64,000 nucleotides of DNA from Chitinophagaceae bacterium (GTDB lineage Bacteria; Bacteroidota; Bacteroidia; Chitinophagales; Chitinophagaceae). Location: the NCBI GenBank assembly GCA_024643655.1, contig JAHEMM010000004.1:20095-84094 (forward strand), in the 5' to 3' direction. The notes beneath the pieces are model-generated. The model made no database searches. It saw nothing but the letters and a program-made list of their open reading frames with translations, and was not told the DNA's origin. Both the position numbers and the translations under genes were made by a program. Position 1 is the stretch's first letter, and each line of letters opens with the position of its first letter. Below, piece by piece: positions 61,454 to 64,000 of the stretch.

Positions 61454-62641
61454 ATGAACGAAAACCTTGTAAAAAGAATTGGAAAAGAAGTAGAAGAAAT
61501 CAGAGAAGCAGGATTGTATAAATCCGAAAGGATAATTAACAGCCAGCAAGGTGCCGAAATAACAGTTGGCGGAAAAAATGTATTGAATTTTTGTGCCAAT
61601 AATTATCTGGGCCTATCATCTCATCCCAAAGTAATAGAAGCTGCACATAAAGCTATCGACAACCGAGGTTATGGAATGAGTAGTGTACGGTTTATTTGTG
61701 GTACACAGGATATTCATAAAGAGTTGGAAGTAAAAATCTCAAAATTTTTGGGAGTAGAAGACACTATTTTATATGCTGCCGCATTTGATGCGAATGGTGG
61801 TGTGTTTGAACCGTTGTTTAATGAACAGGACGCTATTATCTCAGACGCTTTAAATCATGCAAGTATTATTGATGGGGTACGATTATGTAAAGCACAACGT
61901 TTCCGTTATGAACATAATAATATGGAAGATCTGGAAGCAAAGCTAAAAGAATCAGCCAGTCTGCGTAGCAGAATAATAGTTACTGATGGTTCATTTAGCA
62001 TGGACGGCACAATTGCACAGTTAGATAAAATATGTGACCTGGCTGATCAATATGATGCGATTGTAATGATTGATGAATGTCATTCGTCTGGTTTTCTAGG
62101 AAAAACAGGTAGAGGTACTCATGAATACAGAGGGGTGATGGGGAGAGTTGACATCATCACCGGCACTTTAGGTAAAGCATTAGGTGGTGCCAGTGGTGGG
62201 TTTACTTCTGGGAGAAAAGAAATTATTGATATGCTTCGCCAGAAATCAAGACCTTATCTATTCAGCAATACACTAGCCCCTTCTATAGTAGGTGCATCAA
62301 TTGCAGTGTTGGATATGCTTACAGAAACAACAACGCTACGGGATAAACTGGAATTCAATACTAACTACTTCAGAAGAAAAATGACCGAAGCCGGATTTGA
62401 TATAAAGCCTGGCGATCATCCAATCGTACCTATTATGTTATATGACGCTGTTTTGGCACAAACAATGGCCGCCAAATTGCTGGAAGAAGGTATTTATGTA
62501 ATTGGTTTCTTTTTTCCGGTAGTTGCAAAAGGCCAGGCAAGAATAAGAGTGCAATTAAGTGCGGCACATGAACAGGCACATTTGGATAAAGCGATTGCTG
62601 CGTTTACAAAGATTGGGAAAGAGTTGGGAGTTTTGAAATGA
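61454..62641 (+). CDS. kbl: glycine C-acetyltransferase (2-amino-3-ketobutyrate CoA ligase)
   Basis: 395 aa alpha-oxoamine synthase fold with [28 protein letters not shown] and the PLP-lysine context GTLGKALGG. Confidence 0.93.
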   Translation: MNENLVKRIGKEVEEIREAGLYKSERIINSQQGAEITVGGKNVLNFCANNYLGLSSHPKVIEAAHKAIDNRGYGMSSVRFICGTQDIHKELEVKISKFLGVEDTILYAAAFDANGGVFEPLFNEQDAIISDALNHASIIDGVRLCKAQRFRYEHNNMEDLEAKLKESASLRSRIIVTDGSFSMDGTIAQLDKICDLADQYDAIVMIDECHSSGFLGKTGRGTHEYRGVMGRVDIITGTLGKALGGASGGFTSGRKEIIDMLRQKSRPYLFSNTLAPSIVGASIAVLDMLTETTTLRDKLEFNTNYFRRKMTEAGFDIKPGDHPIVPIMLYDAVLAQTMAAKLLEEGIYVIGFFFPVVAKGQARIRVQLSAAHEQAHLDKAIAAFTKIGKELGVLK

Positions 62642-62660
62642 TACAATTGTAAATAATTAT

Positions 62661-62688
62661 AAAAGACACTTCAAGCGAAGTGTCTTTT
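62661..62688. terminator. bidirectional rho-independent terminator between kbl and the convergent lipoprotein gene
   Basis: aaaagacacttc / gaagtgtctttt form a 12-bp perfect stem with loop aagc. The A/T runs are part of the stem ends. Confidence 0.85.
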
Positions 62689-62702
62689 ATTCTAAGAACA
62701 GT

Positions 62703-63299
62703 TTACTTAATATTCAAAGCCCTTGCTGCTTGTTTCAATACATCAGCATTTATATTATCGCCTTCTAATGTTACCATATACCGGCCGCCTGCAAAATAAA
62801 CAAATGTGCAATCATTGGTTGTCTTATCACAATGTTCAGATGCTTTGCTTCCGTTAAAGTCTACAGTTTTGGTGTATTCATCTTCACTTTCTTGTTCCAT
62901 ATTGATCATACTCAGATATTGCATACTATAAATACCTGCACCTGCTGATCCTGCACAATCGTAAATATTGATAGACAGACTTGTGCTATCAGTCAAACTA
63001 TATTCACCTGTTGCTAAGCCTGCACCCATGGAGTTGTTCGCATCAAAAGATGTTCTTGTGGCACCTAATAATTCTTCTGGTATCAAAGCTTTTAATGCAT
63101 CCATTGTTAGCGGAGTTAATTTGCTCAACTCTTCTTTTTTCTTCTCCATATCTTCAGCAGCATTTTGCATTTTATTTGCTTCCGAATCAATTAGCTGTGT
63201 ACTATCGCCAGCTACTCCTGATGAATCCGAAGTTTTATTATTATTACAGGAAGCTATAAAAAAGGCAATACAGAAAATAATAGATGTTAATTTTTTCAT
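62703..63299 (-). CDS. hypothetical lipoprotein
   Basis: 198 aa with a lipoprotein signal (IIFCIAFFIASC). No recognised domain. Confidence 0.65.
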   Translation of the reverse strand: MKKLTSIIFCIAFFIASCNNNKTSDSSGVAGDSTQLIDSEANKMQNAAEDMEKKKEELSKLTPLTMDALKALIPEELLGATRTSFDANNSMGAGLATGEYSLTDSTSLSINIYDCAGSAGAGIYSMQYLSMINMEQESEDEYTKTVDFNGSKASEHCDKTTNDCTFVYFAGGRYMVTLEGDNINADVLKQAARALNIK

Positions 63300-63568
63300 T
63301 TGTTTGATTATTATTTTAACTTAATAAAGGTAACCGTATTCGTAGTTTTACGATAAAATTATTTATCACACAATTTTTTTTAAAATAATAGGTTATAAAT
63401 TATGAGAAACAATATTCCTGTATTATTTTAGCTGTCTACGATGAAATAAAACTCTACCCGCCAAATTTCCTTTGAATTATTCTTAATAAGTTTTTAAACT
63501 GTACACTTAATCAGGTATCTGTGTTTTTTAATACCAGAGAAAGAATAAGTGCCAATTTATTGAAAAGT

Positions 63569-63697
63569 ATGAAAAGAGTATTTTTATGTTTTGCTATTGT
63601 AGCAACGATGTTATTTGTTTTAAGTTCTTGTGCAGCCACAAAAAGAGATTGCCAGGGAACCAAACATTATAAGCAAAAAGGTGGATTTTACATGTAA
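63569..63697 (+). CDS. possible 42-aa lipoprotein (below ORF-track cutoff)
   Basis: Hand translation gives MKRVFLCFAIVATMLFVLSSCAATKRDCQGTKHYKQKGGFYM*. It has a lipobox-like LSSC and is followed 24 nt later by a terminator. Confidence 0.45.
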   Translation: MKRVFLCFAIVATMLFVLSSCAATKRDCQGTKHYKQKGGFYM

Positions 63698-63720
63698 CAC
63701 TGAGCAACAATTTTTTTTAG

Positions 63721-63746
63721 AATCCCGGCTTTAGTCGGGATTTTTT
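63721..63746 (+). terminator. rho-independent terminator
   Basis: aatcccg / cgggatt form a 7-bp stem with an 8-nt loop, running into a T-run. Confidence 0.7.
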
Positions 63747-63767
63747 AGTTTTGATGAAATTTTAATA

Positions 63768-64000
63768 ATGAAATATTTAGGTATTCTACTTTTGGTTTTG
63801 CTAGGTAATAGTTGCTGGTCACAATCAAACATATTTCCCCAAACCTGGGTTGGTAATTGGAAAGGAGAGTTGTATTGGTATAAAACCGGAAAAGCAGAGC
63901 CGCAAATAGTAAACATGGAATTACGGATTCAACCTGCAGATAGTACAGATACCTATACATGGCAATTGATTTATGGTTCGAAGGAAGAAGATTATCGGCC
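63768..64000 (+). CDS. secreted hypothetical protein, 3' end outside window
   Basis: The ATG at 63768 opens a frame that runs to the window edge: MKYLGILLLVLLGNSCWSQSNIFPQTWVGNWKGELYWYKTGKAEPQIVNMELRIQPADSTDTYTWQLIYGSKEEDYR… It has a signal peptide. It is absent from the ORF track because there is no stop in the window. Confidence 0.5.
   Translation, partial: MKYLGILLLVLLGNSCWSQSNIFPQTWVGNWKGELYWYKTGKAEPQIVNMELRIQPADSTDTYTWQLIYGSKEEDYR

Noticed and set aside
61324-61599. 91-aa minus-strand ORF overlapping the kbl 5' end.
   Set aside because: It is antisense to kbl and covers the kbl promoter region. No supporting features.

Overview
This is an AT-rich chromosomal segment that looks Bacteroidota (Chitinophagaceae/Sphingobacteriia-like). 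The grounds are gldA, a T9SS type-B C-terminal-domain cargo protein, A-rich leaders without Shine-Dalgarno sequences and TAnnTTTG-type -7 motifs. All product calls come from motifs I recognise in the ORF-track translations; no search was run.

The window is densely packed with about 57 plausible CDS, mostly housekeeping: purH, carB, bcp, birA, rsfS, ftsH, lpxH, alaS, gatB, nth, eno, acs and kbl. I found no rRNA, tRNA, CRISPR array, transposase/integrase or recognisable defence genes.

Three regions look less ordinary:
- 36.2-39.6 kb holds a 981-aa T9SS type-B cargo protein with a diverged 160-aa tandem duplication. It is followed by a frameshifted C-terminal remnant of an M16 peptidase gene that abuts gldA.
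- 40.7-51.4 kb is a run of ion/bicarbonate transporters: SulP, beta-carbonic anhydrase, NhaD, CaCA and NhaA. It is interrupted by a small-ORF/ABC/HlyD/TolC cassette whose ABC nucleotide-binding domain departs from consensus at the signature, D-loop and switch-His positions.
- 51.4-55.3 kb has acs divergent from an MFS transporter plus a small 2-TM protein, an arrangement reminiscent of E. coli acs-yjcH-actP.

I do not see a convincing, clearly novel multi-gene system. The ABC/HlyD/TolC cassette with its leading orphan secreted peptide is the best candidate, and I rate it only moderate. Several strong rho-independent terminators, three short ORFs or partial CDS missing from the ORF track, and low-confidence promoter motifs are also listed.
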